Positions 26,111 to 38,015 of a stretch of 64,000 nucleotides of DNA are shown piece after piece. The position numbers and the translations under genes are program-made. Source of the stretch: Podarcis cretensis (taxonomy: Eukaryota); contig OX638153.1 in the NCBI GenBank assembly GCA_951804945.1, positions 30,380,001-30,444,000 of the forward strand, read 5' to 3'. The notes below the pieces were generated by a model. The model made no database searches. It was not told the origin of the DNA and saw nothing but the letters and a program-made list of their open reading frames with translations. Position 1 is the stretch's first letter; every line of letters starts with the position of its first letter.

Positions 26111-27854
26111 GTATAGAATGCATAGAACGTGGGTGCTGATTCAAGGGGTTGAGCAACTATTTTGTAAAGAACAATTTGTTCAGTGATTTCATCCTTTGTC
26201 TCTTAGATAAGTTGACTGGAACCTTGTTCATTTCACCAAAGCTGTGAACAAATACTATGTTCTGAGGGTGTGGCAGGCTTAGACAAAAGGATCCTGCTTC
26301 TAACCTCCACATGTTAATCCAGTCTGTACAGAACTAATGTATAAGCTCTATGTGCTTATGTGTTGTATGTGGGATCTACTGTTTATCTTCCATTTTTTTC
26401 AGAAGCTTAGATGATCACAGAGATTTCAGGCTGGGACTGAGGTTATAGTCACTCCAGTCACCACAATTTACCAGAGATTCAGTCAATTGAACAGGGATTA
26501 TAAGCAAACTGCAATTTTCCCTTGAGTTCTTTGGTGCTGTCATCTGAAAACACTCTCCCTGTGATAAGTGAGCCCCGCCTGATCTGTAACATTAAGAAGT
26601 GATTGCTGCATGGGCATCTGCTTGGAGTGCCCACACCACACATTAAACATACCTGAATCTTGCCAAGGTTGCTCCAGTTTCACTTGAAGTAGAGGTTGTG
26701 TTGTGTGTTCTTCTGCTCCTAATGAAGGGCCTGGCAGTTTTGTCCGAAAGTGCCTAGATTGAAACTCAACCAACATTCTCATCGTACCATTTAGTCAAAT
26801 GAATTGCCCCTTACTAATCCCCTTCCTACACAATAGCATGATCTGGGTGCCACATATTTGGGGCAACTGCAAATTCATTTTGTCTGGTTTAACAGGTGGA
26901 CATTATTAATAGCCGTCTTTGGACTGATTCATAATCCGTTTCTTTTAAGGTCTACACAAATTAAACTTTCATATATGTTGCATATGCCTTGTGTGTGGAC
27001 AAGCATGCCCCTTATCTGTTAACTCAAAACATTATTCAGAGATTTATTTATTTATTTATTAAGGACTGTGAATCTGGACAAATTCTTTTGGCCTGTTCAC
27101 AAGACTAGTTCAACAAGGGCAAATCTGCTGAAAATGTCAATTATTGTTCAGTTCACTACAGCACTTAGTTGTGCGAATTGTCTTTCTGAACAGAGGGTGG
27201 GGCAAGTGTCCTTTCAGCCCCTTCCAGATCTCTGGTTCTGTTAAACATAATTAATGAAATCGGAATATGGCTTAATGAAATCCTAGTCTAGCCTCACGCC
27301 AGATCAATGTCCAGTAGAACAGTTCTGTTATGCAGGTGATTGATTAACCCCCTTCCAAAACTGCTCTGAGCGTATGTGTATACTTCTGCACAGATACTCA
27401 GCAAAAGTGTTTACACCAGGGAATGCATTTTCAGGGTTTTACAAATTCCCCAGTAGCACACAAACATACATAAACCAATGCCTTGTCAAAGCAATGTCTC
27501 AACTGTAGACGGAGAACTGAAGAAATACTTGAAAACATGACACGCAGAATTAATGTAGCTCTTCTGACACCCTGTGGTGCACAAAGAATGCCTTGTATTA
27601 TGGGATTTAGCAAATATATATATACAAAGACTTGATTTATTTTGGGCATGCATGCCTAATGTTTCTCTTGAGTATCTGGTGTAGATGGGGAGTTTCATTG
27701 GCATCGCCAGCAAGTGACTTCTGTGTACTCCTGCATTATTGAAATGCTTAACAAGATCTCGTTTTCACAGACTGACAGGCCAAAGTCTGGAATGCTGCAG
27801 CTCTTCTAATAGCTTAGAGATTTTTGAAATATTAAGCAGTATACAAATGCTTAT

Positions 27855-27885
27855 AAACAAACAAACAAACAAACAAACAAACAAA
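27855..27885. repeat. (AAAC)n microsatellite
   Basis: Read directly. Confidence 0.9.
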
Positions 27886-28492
27886 AGCACATTGGCATGT
27901 TATAGGCTAATGGTTTCCAGACTTTCTGCCATCAGGGAATGATTTCTGCATGGTATGGGGAGGAGCCCCTGTTAACTGGCCAAGGGACACTCCCCTGCAC
28001 ATGTTGCAGAAGATTCTGTTTTTTTTTTTTAATATTTTTATTAAATTTTCACATTTTATAAAGACAAACATACACACACAAAGACAAAGACAACACGTAT
28101 AAAATTTCATAACCTTACTTTCCTAACCCCAGTTCTTGACCTCCCCCCACCCCCCCTTCATACATCCTAGTTCAGTTACATTAACTCAGCAAATTCAAAT
28201 CTCTCATCCATTGCATATTATTACTATATATATATATATATATGTTTTTTCTTTTTTTAAAAAAAACACCATTTACTTGGCCAGATTTTACTTATCCAAT
28301 TTTCTTATAAAACATTAAAGCCTTTTCTAAGGTCGACTCGAGTTCCTTCCACGAATTTCCCTTTAATCTTAAAAATAGGTCATAATAATCAAACACAAAA
28401 GTCATAAAGATTTAAAAACAAGTTCTCCTTCCCCCCCCCCCAGCCCCGGATTCTGTCCCTTCCAAATGTCCCCCCATCCATAACAACAGTTT

Positions 28493-29059
28493 TTAGCCTG
28501 GGTTCCTCACATCTGAGGCCTTTAAGTCCTTGTCAGTCTCTCTTTGCCGATCTTGTTGGTAACCCTCCTCATTGGTCCTCAGGTTTCGGGGAAATTTCAG
28601 CTCAGTCTCATCAGAATTTCTTCCATCCAAAGTACTTGACACCAGCTGCTGCAGAAGATCAACCAATCCATACTCAAATAGGAAGCCCCAGTCGTATTTC
28701 TTATTTCTTTTAAAATCAGGTATTCCAGATATTCCAGGGGCTTCCTCCCTCCTCTTTCGCATCTTTCGCAGATTTGTAATCCAAGGGTCTTCTTCTTTGT
28801 ATTCTAACAATGTAGGCTTGTGGTTGGTAGTCTCCATCTGTACTAGCCCTTGCTCGCTCTCCCCCTGTTCCGAAGCTATCTCTTCTGATTCAGCTGCAGA
28901 TTTTTCCCCAGTCAAATCCATTGTACCTTCAGCAGAGTCATTTATTTTAGAGTTCAAGGTTATGAGTTGTTTACTCATGACCGTAGTCTGCTCCTCCAGT
29001 TTTCCCACAAGAAAAAACATTCTTTCTAGCTCTGCCTGTAGTTTTCCATCTGCAGCCAT
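28493..29059 (-). CDS. 188-aa ORF of the HAL1-like element (putative ORF1-derived coiled-coil protein)
   Basis: Uninterrupted, with ATG in good context (gcaATGG). Heptad-like N-terminus (LQAELERMFFLVGKLEEQTTVMSKQLITLNSKI) and charged remainder. Homology to ORF1p is inferred, not shown. Confidence 0.6.
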   Translation of the reverse strand: MAADGKLQAELERMFFLVGKLEEQTTVMSKQLITLNSKINDSAEGTMDLTGEKSAAESEEIASEQGESEQGLVQMETTNHKPTLLEYKEEDPWITNLRKMRKRREEAPGISGIPDFKRNKKYDWGFLFEYGLVDLLQQLVSSTLDGRNSDETELKFPRNLRTNEEGYQQDRQRETDKDLKASDVRNPG

Positions 29060-29525
29060 TGCAATGTTTCAATGTTTCCCCTAGGGGGATTCTAGTTACT
29101 TAATAGTCTTTTCCAATAGTCCTTTACTTTGTTATTTCCCTACTTTGTTTCCAACCACTTTAGCTCAAATGTAACAAATTAAGTCCAAAAAGTGTTAAAT
29201 ACTAGAGTTTTTAACTTTCGCTGCCCGTTTGACAGCTCCTTTGACAGCTGTCAAACTCCTCGTTCCTTATTCTCCAGCTCACATAAAAGGACACCCCCGG
29301 GTCTGGGGGGGTTCAAACAAAAACTTCTAAAAAACCACTCTTACTCTCCAGCACACATCTTCTTCTGTCAAATTCATGCAAATCTTATCTTTTACAGAAC
29401 ACCAAGGAAAGAACTCTCCACCTTAGTTCTCCGATCTTTGCTTTAAATTTTCTGTAGGCAGGGGGGGTGCGGACTTCCCTTTAGCACATCCCCCGATCGT
29501 GCCGAATTCAAGGATAAACTTTTTA

Positions 29526-31030
29526 TTTATTTATTTTTTTTTTTTATAAATATTTATTGAGATTTTTTAAAATACAAAATGCAAAAATAATAAACAATAT
29601 AACATGGATCATAACACATTTTTCAGAACTTCTTTGGACTCCCTCGCGTCTCCCACTCCCACTTACATCGTTGTAAATTTTTTCCAGCAATTTATCATCT
29701 TGTTTATATTCTTAAATTTTATTCAGTTAATTTAATCTATTCTCCACAAGTTTATGTTTCCCTCAATCTCACTTATCGTCAAGTTCAATCTAATTCAGTG
29801 GTAGGCAATTATTTATGATCTAACATCCTTCTTAGCATTCAACCAAATTACAATACTTTTGTAGATAAATCTTGAATTTCTTCCAGTCTTCTTCAACCCT
29901 CTCTTCTCCCAGGTCTCGGATTCTGCCAGTCATCTCGGCCAGTTGCATATAGTCCATCAGCTGCATCTGCCATTCTTCCAGTGTGGGTAGATCTTGAGTT
30001 TTCCAGCTCTTGGCAATGAGTATCCTTGCTGCCGTTGTTGCATACATAAAAAATGTTCGGTCCTTCTTTAACACCTTCTGGCCGACAATGCCCAGAAGGA
30101 AGGCCTCTGGTTTCTTAGTAAAGGTATACTTAAATACCTTTTTCAACTCATTATAAATCATTTCCCAGAAGGCCTTCACTCTAGGGCAAGTCCACCAGAG
30201 GTGAAAGAATGTTCCTTCATGTTCTTTACATTTCCAACATTTATTATCAGACAAATGGTATATTTTGGCAAGTTTAACTGGGGTCATGTACCATCTATAT
30301 ATCATTTTCATTACATTTTCCTTCAAAGCATTGCATGCAGTGAAGTTCAGCCCAGTGGTCCACAACCTTTCCCAGTCCTCAAACATAATATTATGCCCAA
30401 TATCCTGAGCCCACTTTATCATAACCGATTTAACCATTTCGTCTTGTGTATTCCATTTCAGCAGCAAGTTATACATTCTTGATAAAACCTTAGTTTTTGG
30501 CTCTAACAATTCTGTTTCCAACTTCGATTTCTCCACCTGGAACCCTAGCTTTTTGTCATTTTTAAAAACTTCTTTAATCTGAGCGTAATGTAACCAGTCT
30601 CGCACTTTATCCTTCATTTTCTCCAAACTCTGCAATTTCCAATTGTCTCCATCTTTTTCTAATATTTCCCAATATTTTGGCCAGTTGGCCTCCATATTGA
30701 GTCTTTTTCGGGCCTTAGCTTCCAGAGGTGAAAGCCACCTCGGAGTTTTATTTTCCAATAAGTCTTTGTATTTTGTCCAGACTTTAAAAACTGCTTTCCT
30801 GACAATATGGTTCTTAAAGACCTTATTAATCTTAACCTTATCGTACCATAGATATGCATGCCAACCAAAGGCATTATTAAACCCTTCCAGGTCCAATACG
30901 TCAGTGTCCTCAAGAAGTAGCCAGTCTTTTAGCCAGCAAAAGGCTGCGGCTTCATAATACAACTTTAGGTCTGGCAGGGCAAAGCCCCCTCTTTCTTTCG
31001 CATCAGTTAGTATCTTGAACTTAATTCTTG
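29526..31030 (-). mobile_element. 5'-truncated L1-clade LINE (ORF2 C-terminus, 3' UTR, A-rich tail)
   Basis: 9-bp TSD AACTTTTTA (29517-29525, 31031-31039); A-rich tail; the ORF aligns by eye with 48113-49237. Confidence 0.9.
29832..31030 (-). pseudogene. L1 ORF2p C-terminal fragment (post-RT region with CCHC motif)
   Basis: GGFALPDLKLYYEAA...CWKCKEHEGTFFHLWWTC; the frame is open but lacks EN and RT. Confidence 0.85.
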
Positions 31031-31519
31031 AACTTTTTAGAGTCCAAATTCCAATCTACTCACGGATTAGTTAGAGTCCGAATTTCAGGGAAGAAAGTCA
31101 GCGGTCTCCGGCCATGGCTCGCGGCTTCGCTCCACTGCAGTAGCGGTCTACTCACAGCACCACGCCACTCCCCGTACCCTCTCCGCAGCCTTTAAAAAGG
31201 CTCTTCGTGGGTCGGGGGGGGGCGCTTTAGGTGCCCGCCGAGTCACCAGGTCCGCAGGCTTCCGCGCCTGCGGTTTCTAAGGGTCCCCGCGTCGCCGTCG
31301 CGGTGAGACCCGTTTGCAATGGAGCCGATTCCCTCCGGAGCTCGGAGGGAATCCGCCATTACTCGGATCGCGCTAACCCGGAAGTCCCATGTTGCAGAAG
31401 ATTCTGGGTCATGTTCTAAGACATATTCTCAGGTCAAGAGCGACACTTGCTGGGCCTGCTGGGCCTCACCCTTGCTCTGTACGTATAACTGCAAGTGTGC
31501 CCTAGGATGCCTCTAATTT

Positions 31520-31870
31520 ATCTGTTTATTCATTAAAACATTGCTATACTGCCCTTCACTTCAAGATCTCCAGTGTGGTTTACACTGACTAATACAAACA
31601 CAATTAAAAAATCAATCACAGGAGGGGAGAAAATGCATCAGAGGTTAAAAGCTTAAGGAAATGAATATGTCTTAGCCTGGCTCCTAAAGGATATTAGTTT
31701 AGGTGCCAAGCAAAACTGGGAAAGGAGTTCTACAAGTGGGGTGCCACAACTGAAAAGGTTCTCTCCTATATAGCCCACTCACTTTAGATGGAGGGGATAC
31801 CCAGAGGAAGATCTTAGTATATGGGCAGGTTGGTGTATCCAGGTCCCAAGCCATACAAGGCTTTAAAGGT
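31520..31870 (-). mobile_element. Degenerate L2 3' fragment
   Basis: ggagttctacaagtggggtgccacaactgaaaagg and ggtcccaagccatacaaggctttaaaggt are antisense L2 motifs. Confidence 0.6.
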
Positions 31871-32983
31871 AAGCTGTCTTTCAGGGAGCAGGGAAATGGC
31901 TAGGAAAGAAGAGCTGAACGCTTTCACACTTCTAATTTCTCTGCTTCAAATCAGTCCCAAGCAGCTTATGTTTCTCATGAGATTTATAATGGGTGCAAAA
32001 CTATTTCAGTCACATTTAAAATTCTAAGCTGGTGGAAATCATTTGGGCAGGGAAAGAGTTAAATGCTCATAGTGAAGCACTGTTTCCTGGCCTAAATCAG
32101 TTGTTTGGCTATAGTTACATAAATGTGCATGCAATGTGCATGTAATGCATTGACCAAATACAAATGCTTAGATGCCTGGGTAAAGAGTTTAATACTGAAC
32201 AATTTTTCTGTGTTGAGAACTTCAAAGTAACTGCAGGCATGGGGAGAAGGGTAGCCAGAAATCTTAACTTCTCTTGATGGCTGCTACCTCAAGGCATTCC
32301 TTGCTTATGTAAATGGGCTGTCACAGATGTAACAACACAGACAACATTTTACCTCCCATGCATTGATTTTCAGTGGAGACTTGTAAGTGATCAAGCGTAC
32401 AGCCATCAAGTGACGTACATGCATGCATGTGACTATGAAGCAGGCAGTAGGTTCCTGATAAGCAGTGGGCTCTGATAACTAGTGGCTAGTCTGAATTCAT
32501 GGAGTGTGTTATACCCACATGCCTGGGTGGGGGCTTAAAAGGGGAAAAAAATGCTTGGCTTGGAATTTGACCAGGGCGGGGTAATAGTTTGAAGTCTGAA
32601 GCTGGCAGGGAAAGGTTACTAAGAGCATTCTGGCAGGCACAAGCAACTTTGTAGGCTGATGGGGTGCCGAACATGCTAGTCTGAGGTTGGCTTTGCCTTT
32701 CTGTGTGACTGCTTGCTTACTGCCTGATGGATCTGTGAATGAGTACTACAAAATACCAAATCTGTACCAAAGCTACGTTCTATTTTCCATGAGCGTTCTT
32801 CCCACTGTTGAAAGACTTTCTCCCTTTCCCCTCAGTTTTCAGCACTGCTTGAGAAAATGTTTACCTGTTTGTTTACATTGCCTCACCTCTCTCAGTTAAC
32901 CCCATTTCCCCTCAGTTATGTCATTGCCAATTCTGGTTAGCCACGTAGTGTTGCAATGGCATCCCATTCACCAGGCTCTTCCT

Positions 32984-33311
32984 CATGGGTAGGCAAACTA
33001 AGGCCCGGGGGCCAGATCCAGCCCAATCGCCTTCTAAATCCGGCCCACAGACGGTTCGGGAATCAGCGTGTTTTTACATGAGTAGAATGTGTCCTTTTAT
33101 TTAAAATGCATCTCTGGGTTATTTGTGGGGCCTGCCTGGTGTTTTTACATGAGTAGAATGTGTGCTTTTATTTAAAATGTATCTCTGAGTTATTTGTGAG
33201 GCATAGGAATTTGTTCACCTCCCCCCCCCCAAAAAAAAATATAGTCAGGCCCCTCACAAGGTCTGAGGGACAGTGGACCGGCCCCCTGCTGAAAAAGTTT
33301 GCTGACCCCTG
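32984..33311. mobile_element. hAT-type MITE
   Basis: 8-bp TSD CTCTTCCT (32976-32983, 33312-33319); TIR catgggtaggcaaact / agtttgctgacccctg; internal ~70 bp duplication. Confidence 0.9.
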
Positions 33312-33566
33312 CTCTTCCTGTTTGGCTTGGCTTGTTCATTTGATCAGTCCAGGGAGAAGAAAGGAGCAGCAACCAGGGGGGCAGAGAAGTGACACCAAAG
33401 TAGTGTGTCATACTTCACAATTGCAAAAACATGAATATTTTCACAGTGTGCTTTTCAGGAAATAGTTCTATTTCTTAGTAACTACTGTTTTTTGCCTTCA
33501 AACCAAAAGCGGAGAATATTTGGCACAGCCCTATAAAACCCCCTTGAGATACCCACTATTCCTTAC

Positions 33567-33791
33567 CTCCACAGGAAGCCACCTCCATTAAGCTGCCTTA
33601 GAACTTCCTGCCATGCAAGGATCGGGGAGTGAAAACAATCTGAAGCACCACTGAGATGGCATTCTCTTTGCAGTGCTTCCAACCCAGCAAATCTAGTTAA
33701 GATGAAGGACCTACCAAACTCTACATGATTGGCCGCCAAAGCTGACTCTTGGCAGTGTGTGCCAATCTGCCCTAGTCCTGCTGTCTCCATC
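33567..33791 (-). other. Candidate 225-nt exon of an unidentified minus-strand gene
   Basis: Acceptor ttcattttcctcatag, donor GAG|GTAAGG, one frame open end to end (METAGLGQ...GGGFLW). An alternative short start MEVASCG ends in phase 1. Confidence 0.4.
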
Positions 33792-34079
33792 CTATGAGGA
33801 AAATGAATACTTTGCCATTCCCCCCACCCACCTCGCCCCAGCCCAAATTTTCTTCTTGCTTTGCTACCTACAATCAATGCAGCAAAGCTCCTGTCTCTGA
33901 CAAGGATCGGTAGTTATTTCACTAGGAAGCATTTAGCCGCTGGATTAAGACAGATTTACTTTCAGCTGCTTGGATCAGTCTTTTTGGCCAGCCTTTAGTG
34001 CAGCCTTTGGAGACAGAAGAGGCTGAAGATCTGCTGGGACCGGTATCTAAAGGGTGTCCTTAATGCACTGATCAACAGG

Positions 34080-34152
34080 AAGAGCGGTGACGTTGCCCTC
34101 TTCCTCCTGGATCATTTTTCTGCCCAGCTGCCAGGACACATCTTTAACTGGG

Positions 34153-34190
<38 letters not shown>

Positions 34191-34330
34191 CGTTAGGTCT
34201 AGGGTGGGAGGGAGGGGGTTAGGAGCAGAAAGAGGAGTTCTGCTGCGCCTGCTGGGAAGGACAGCTAAGGAGGCAAAGCTGGTTGAGAAATATCATCTGG
34301 TAAACACATAACACCCCCAGCCTCCTCCAT
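34080..34330 (-). promoter_or_regulatory. Candidate promoter region upstream of the 33567-33791 exon
   Basis: TGACGT half-CRE at ~34088, (CT)n tract at 34156-34188, GGGTGGGAGGGAGGGG SP/KLF-like box, TTAAAG on the minus strand at ~34142-34147. Unique sequence apart from the (CT)n tract. Confidence 0.3.
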
Positions 34331-35408
34331 TCCTACCCCTCCCACCACAGTGCTTCGGAACATTCAATCCCCTCTTTGATGGACGTCCAAGAAAATACTT
34401 CTTCCACATCCTAAACTTGTTAGCACCAGTTAATCATCTTAACCTTCTTCCCCTCCAAATATATGCTCCAATGAGTTTCCCATCAGCGACAGTCACTGAA
34501 GACCAGGCAATACTTCTGAGGTTGGGTTGGATTTTGACGTTTAAAACTAGCAGCAATTAATGATTAAGCTCTTGCCTTCACCCTGAGGTAAACACGGGTT
34601 CTCTTTTTACTGGGTTGGTGCTCCATATTATTAAGCAAAAGGTATGATTATTAAGCAAAACAGAAGAACTCACTTCTTTCCCCTCAGTTAAATGAACCAC
34701 TTTCCATTTTTGTATGTCTTTGCATGGCTGTGGAAGAAGAATTTCTGAAAGTAACAGCCTTCCACAACTGTGTGAAATTCAAATGACATGTGCTATCTTC
34801 ATTCTCACAGGTGCTTAATTTTAGCAAGCCGACATCATGCTATTAAACTCCTGCTCTCTTTTTCATTGAGAGCCCATACAAAGAAACAAGCTAGTGTGCC
34901 AACTTTAGTCAACTGTATCATCCTTCCAAGTGGTAAGGAGGATTTTACATGTCAGGTGCAGCTGTGTAGTAAAACATGTGGCACAATGTGTAGTAAAATG
35001 GTTGCCTTGATGTGGCTCTGAGAAAGTAATTAAACATAGGGAGGGCAGACTTCAGCCTTATAGAATCTACTTTGTATTTTATTAGGATCCTGAGGCCCAC
35101 CAACTGGGATAGTGGGAGAAATGCAGGGGGTTTTTTTTGCGAAAATTACCGAATTTGTACTTTCTGAAACAATAAATGAACCAAAATGCAGCTCTCGTTC
35201 AAAGTTTGCAATGCAGTTTTCTTGTAGTTGTGTACAAGTATGTGTATATTAGGGGGAAATGTATATAAAGTGCAGATACTCATTATCATACTGAAATGCA
35301 TTAGACTGGAGGGGGAATTGCTTGCTAAAAATGTATATATTAGGGGAAATGTGCACTAAAATGCTGGCAATTTTTGATTTATTTATAAAACTATTTATAT
35401 ACTGCTAA

Positions 35409-35758
35409 GTGGCACTGTGGTCTAAACCACAGAGCCTAGGGCTTGTCGATCAGAAGGTCGGTGGTTCGATTCCCTTGATGGGGTAAGCTCCCATTGTTTG
35501 GTCCCAGCTCCTGCCCACCTAGCAGTTCGAAAGCACGTCAAAGTGCAAGTAGATAAATAGGTACCGCTCTGGTGGGAAAGTAAACGGCGTTTCCGTGCAC
35601 TGCTCTGGTTCTCCAGAAGTGGCTTAGTCATGCTGGCCACATGACCCGGAAGCTGTCTGTGGACAAAAGCTGGCTCCCTCAGCCTATAGAGCGAGATGAG
35701 CGCGCAACCCCAGAGTTGTCCGCGACTGGACCTAATGGTCAGGGGTCCCTTTACATTT
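35409..35758 (+). mobile_element. Sauria SINE
   Basis: gtggcactgtggtctaaaccacagagcctagg...ggttcgattccc head, ctagcagttcgaaagcac core, ggggtccctttac tail. Confidence 0.92.
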
Positions 35759-35959
35759 TTAAGACATAAAAAGAAACCCAGAGCAGTTTACAACAATCGT
35801 ACATTTAAACCATACAATAAAAATGTTAAAATCAGAAATCAGGTGGCAGTTGTGAGCTGACAACACTAAAAACTTGGTTTCTTCTTGTTGTCAAATGAAC
35901 CTTGCCAACTCATGGAACAACTAATGATGCTTCTGGAGATGATCTCAGTGATTCAACTG

Positions 35960-36530
35960 GAATATAACCACCCACCCAAAGGACACCAGAGAAGGGACCA
36001 ATTCAGCTTCCCTTAGGAGGAAGTTCCACAGGGTACTGTGATCAAAAGGGCCCTGCCCCACATCCTACCAACTGTACCTACCTTCTTAGTGGGGTGCAGA
36101 GAGGAGGACTACAACTGATGGACAGGTTCATGTTGGAAGAGAAGGTTCTGAGCCATGTAGGGCTTTCTATAGGTAAAATAAAATAAATCAGCAGCTCGAA
36201 TTTGGCCCAGAAATGAATTGGAAACTAATGTAAATTAAAACAAGACCAGAGCAAAAACAGGCACCAGAAATTATTGTGGCTATTGCATATTTACACCAAC
36301 TGTAGTTTTAGAACACTTTTCAAGAGGAGCTCTGTGTACAGTGCATTGCACTAACCTAAGATGGATTTGACTAAGGGGAGATATGCTTTCTCCAGGAACA
36401 GATGCAGTTGGTATACTGGTTCAAGCTGACAAAAGCGCTCCTAGCCACAGCAGCCACCTAGCCATCTAGGAGCAAGGCGGGTTCAGGAGCACCCTTACCT
36501 TTGAACCTAGCTCTTCAGTGTGAGTGCAGC
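35960..36530 (-). mobile_element. Degenerate L2 fragment
   Basis: ggaagttccacaggg, ctcgaatttggcccagaaa, gttcaggagcaccc antisense L2 ORF2 motifs; boundaries approximate. Confidence 0.55.
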
Positions 36531-37059
36531 CCCATCCAGAAAAGGTTCCAATCCCTGTTCACATTTCTACTAACCAATAATATTTGTGTCTTGCCATGGT
36601 GGCTATATTCTAGCTCCACTTTCGGAGGCAATTGCTGGGAATCACAAGCAAGCAAAGTGCTGTTGTGCTCAGGTCTCGCTTTGGGGCTTCCCATGGGCAT
36701 CTGGTTGTCCTTTGTGAGAACAGGATGCTAGACTAGATGGGCCACTGGCCTCATCTGGCAGGCTCTTCTTATGTCTGCACATTCATTCCCTGTACCTTTT
36801 GAACAGAACTTTAGTGCAAGGAAGCTAATAACTGGAGTGTGAAGATGTAACAAGCAGGCTATGAACATTCTCAGCCTGCCCAGTCATGTGTAAAGCAAAT
36901 GAAGAGAACCAGAACCAGACATGCCTGATTGCCAGGAGATGACTTGACCCTCCATACTGTGTCTGTTTCAGTTAAACATCAACTCTGTATACAAACCTGC
37001 GAGCTCTGCAGCATCTCAATATACAAAAGACTGGGGGGGTTAAACACCAGAGTTTTAGC

Positions 37060-37475
37060 AATTCTATTATTTATGTGTTTGATTTAATTTCACCTATGAA
37101 TCATTCCTCATAAAGCATCCCAAAGTGATTAACAATTAAAACAAGAAGGATGCATATAGAAGCAAATGTTAATCCAACATATATTACAGACTGGGGTAAA
37201 AATATCCACTTAAAAGGCTTCAATGAGTGCTGAAGACGTGTCTAACACGTGAGGGGAAGGAGCTCCAAAGAGTTGGTGCCACACTCTAAAGGTCCAATTC
37301 CTACATCATACGGAATGGATCTCCTATTGACATGGTATCTGCAAGAGGTATAAAGCACAGTTCTTGGTTGGGTGAGACAATCTTTTAGGTGTCCTGGTCC
37401 CAAGCTTTATAGGGTGTTGCACACCGGTACCAGCACGTTGAAATTAGCCCAGTAGCTAATTGGAAGCTAGTGCAC
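37060..37475 (-). mobile_element. Degenerate L2 3' fragment
   Basis: ggggaaggagctccaaagagttggtgccac, ggtcccaagctttataggg. Confidence 0.55.
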
Positions 37476-37824
37476 TTATTTAGCATTTTAGACTCAAGAG
37501 TCTGGGACTAGTCTGCACAGTTTAAGACTTAGTTGGGTCAGACCAAAAGTCCACATTGTCCAGTATCGTCTTTCCAACAGTGGCCAGCCCAATGTTGCCA
37601 CAATAGGGTGTGTTGAATTTTTCAACTTACATTGCCTCTCAGCATTAACTCATATTTTTACAATAAATTTAACTTGAGTCCTCAGGTGCAGCCTCCCTGG
37701 CTCTTTATAGACCCCCAAAGCCTTCTGTTTTTGCCTTGGAAACACTTGAAAATTCACCCACCAAGCTGAATGCAGCCCATCAGATGTGCATTGCTATCCC
37801 ACCAAAGTTTGCACAGGCTTGTAG

Positions 37825-38015
37825 TAGGAACATTGGAAACCACCTCACAATGAGTCAGACTATTGGGCCATCCATCGCAGTATTGTCTACACAGATTGAC
37901 AGCAGTTCTCCAGGATTTCAGACAGGGCTTTTTTCCAGCCTTGCTTAGAGATGCCGGGGATTGAACCTGGGACCTTCTGTGGGCAAAGCAGATGCTCTAC
38001 CACAGAGCTACAGCC
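37825..38015 (-). mobile_element. Old tRNA-derived squamate SINE
   Basis: ggggattgaacctgggacc (B box) and gctctaccacagagcta (A box) in antisense; body matches 18429-18609. Confidence 0.75.

Larger units (their letters stand above)
28019..31387 (-). mobile_element. Non-autonomous single-ORF retroposon (HAL1 / half-L1-like), ~1.85 kb, interrupted by an L1 fragment
   Basis: 19-bp TSD CATGTTGCAGAAGATTCTG (28000-28018, 31388-31406). Poly(A) tail preceded by AATAAA at the left end. CpG-rich 5' end beginning GGACTTCCGG, like the L1 end at 54775. One 188-aa ORF and no EN/RT sequence of its own. Confidence 0.8.

Noticed and set aside
28572-29084. 170-aa plus-strand ORF
   Set aside because: Antisense shadow of the 188-aa element ORF; Ser/Phe-rich, with a non-ATG start.
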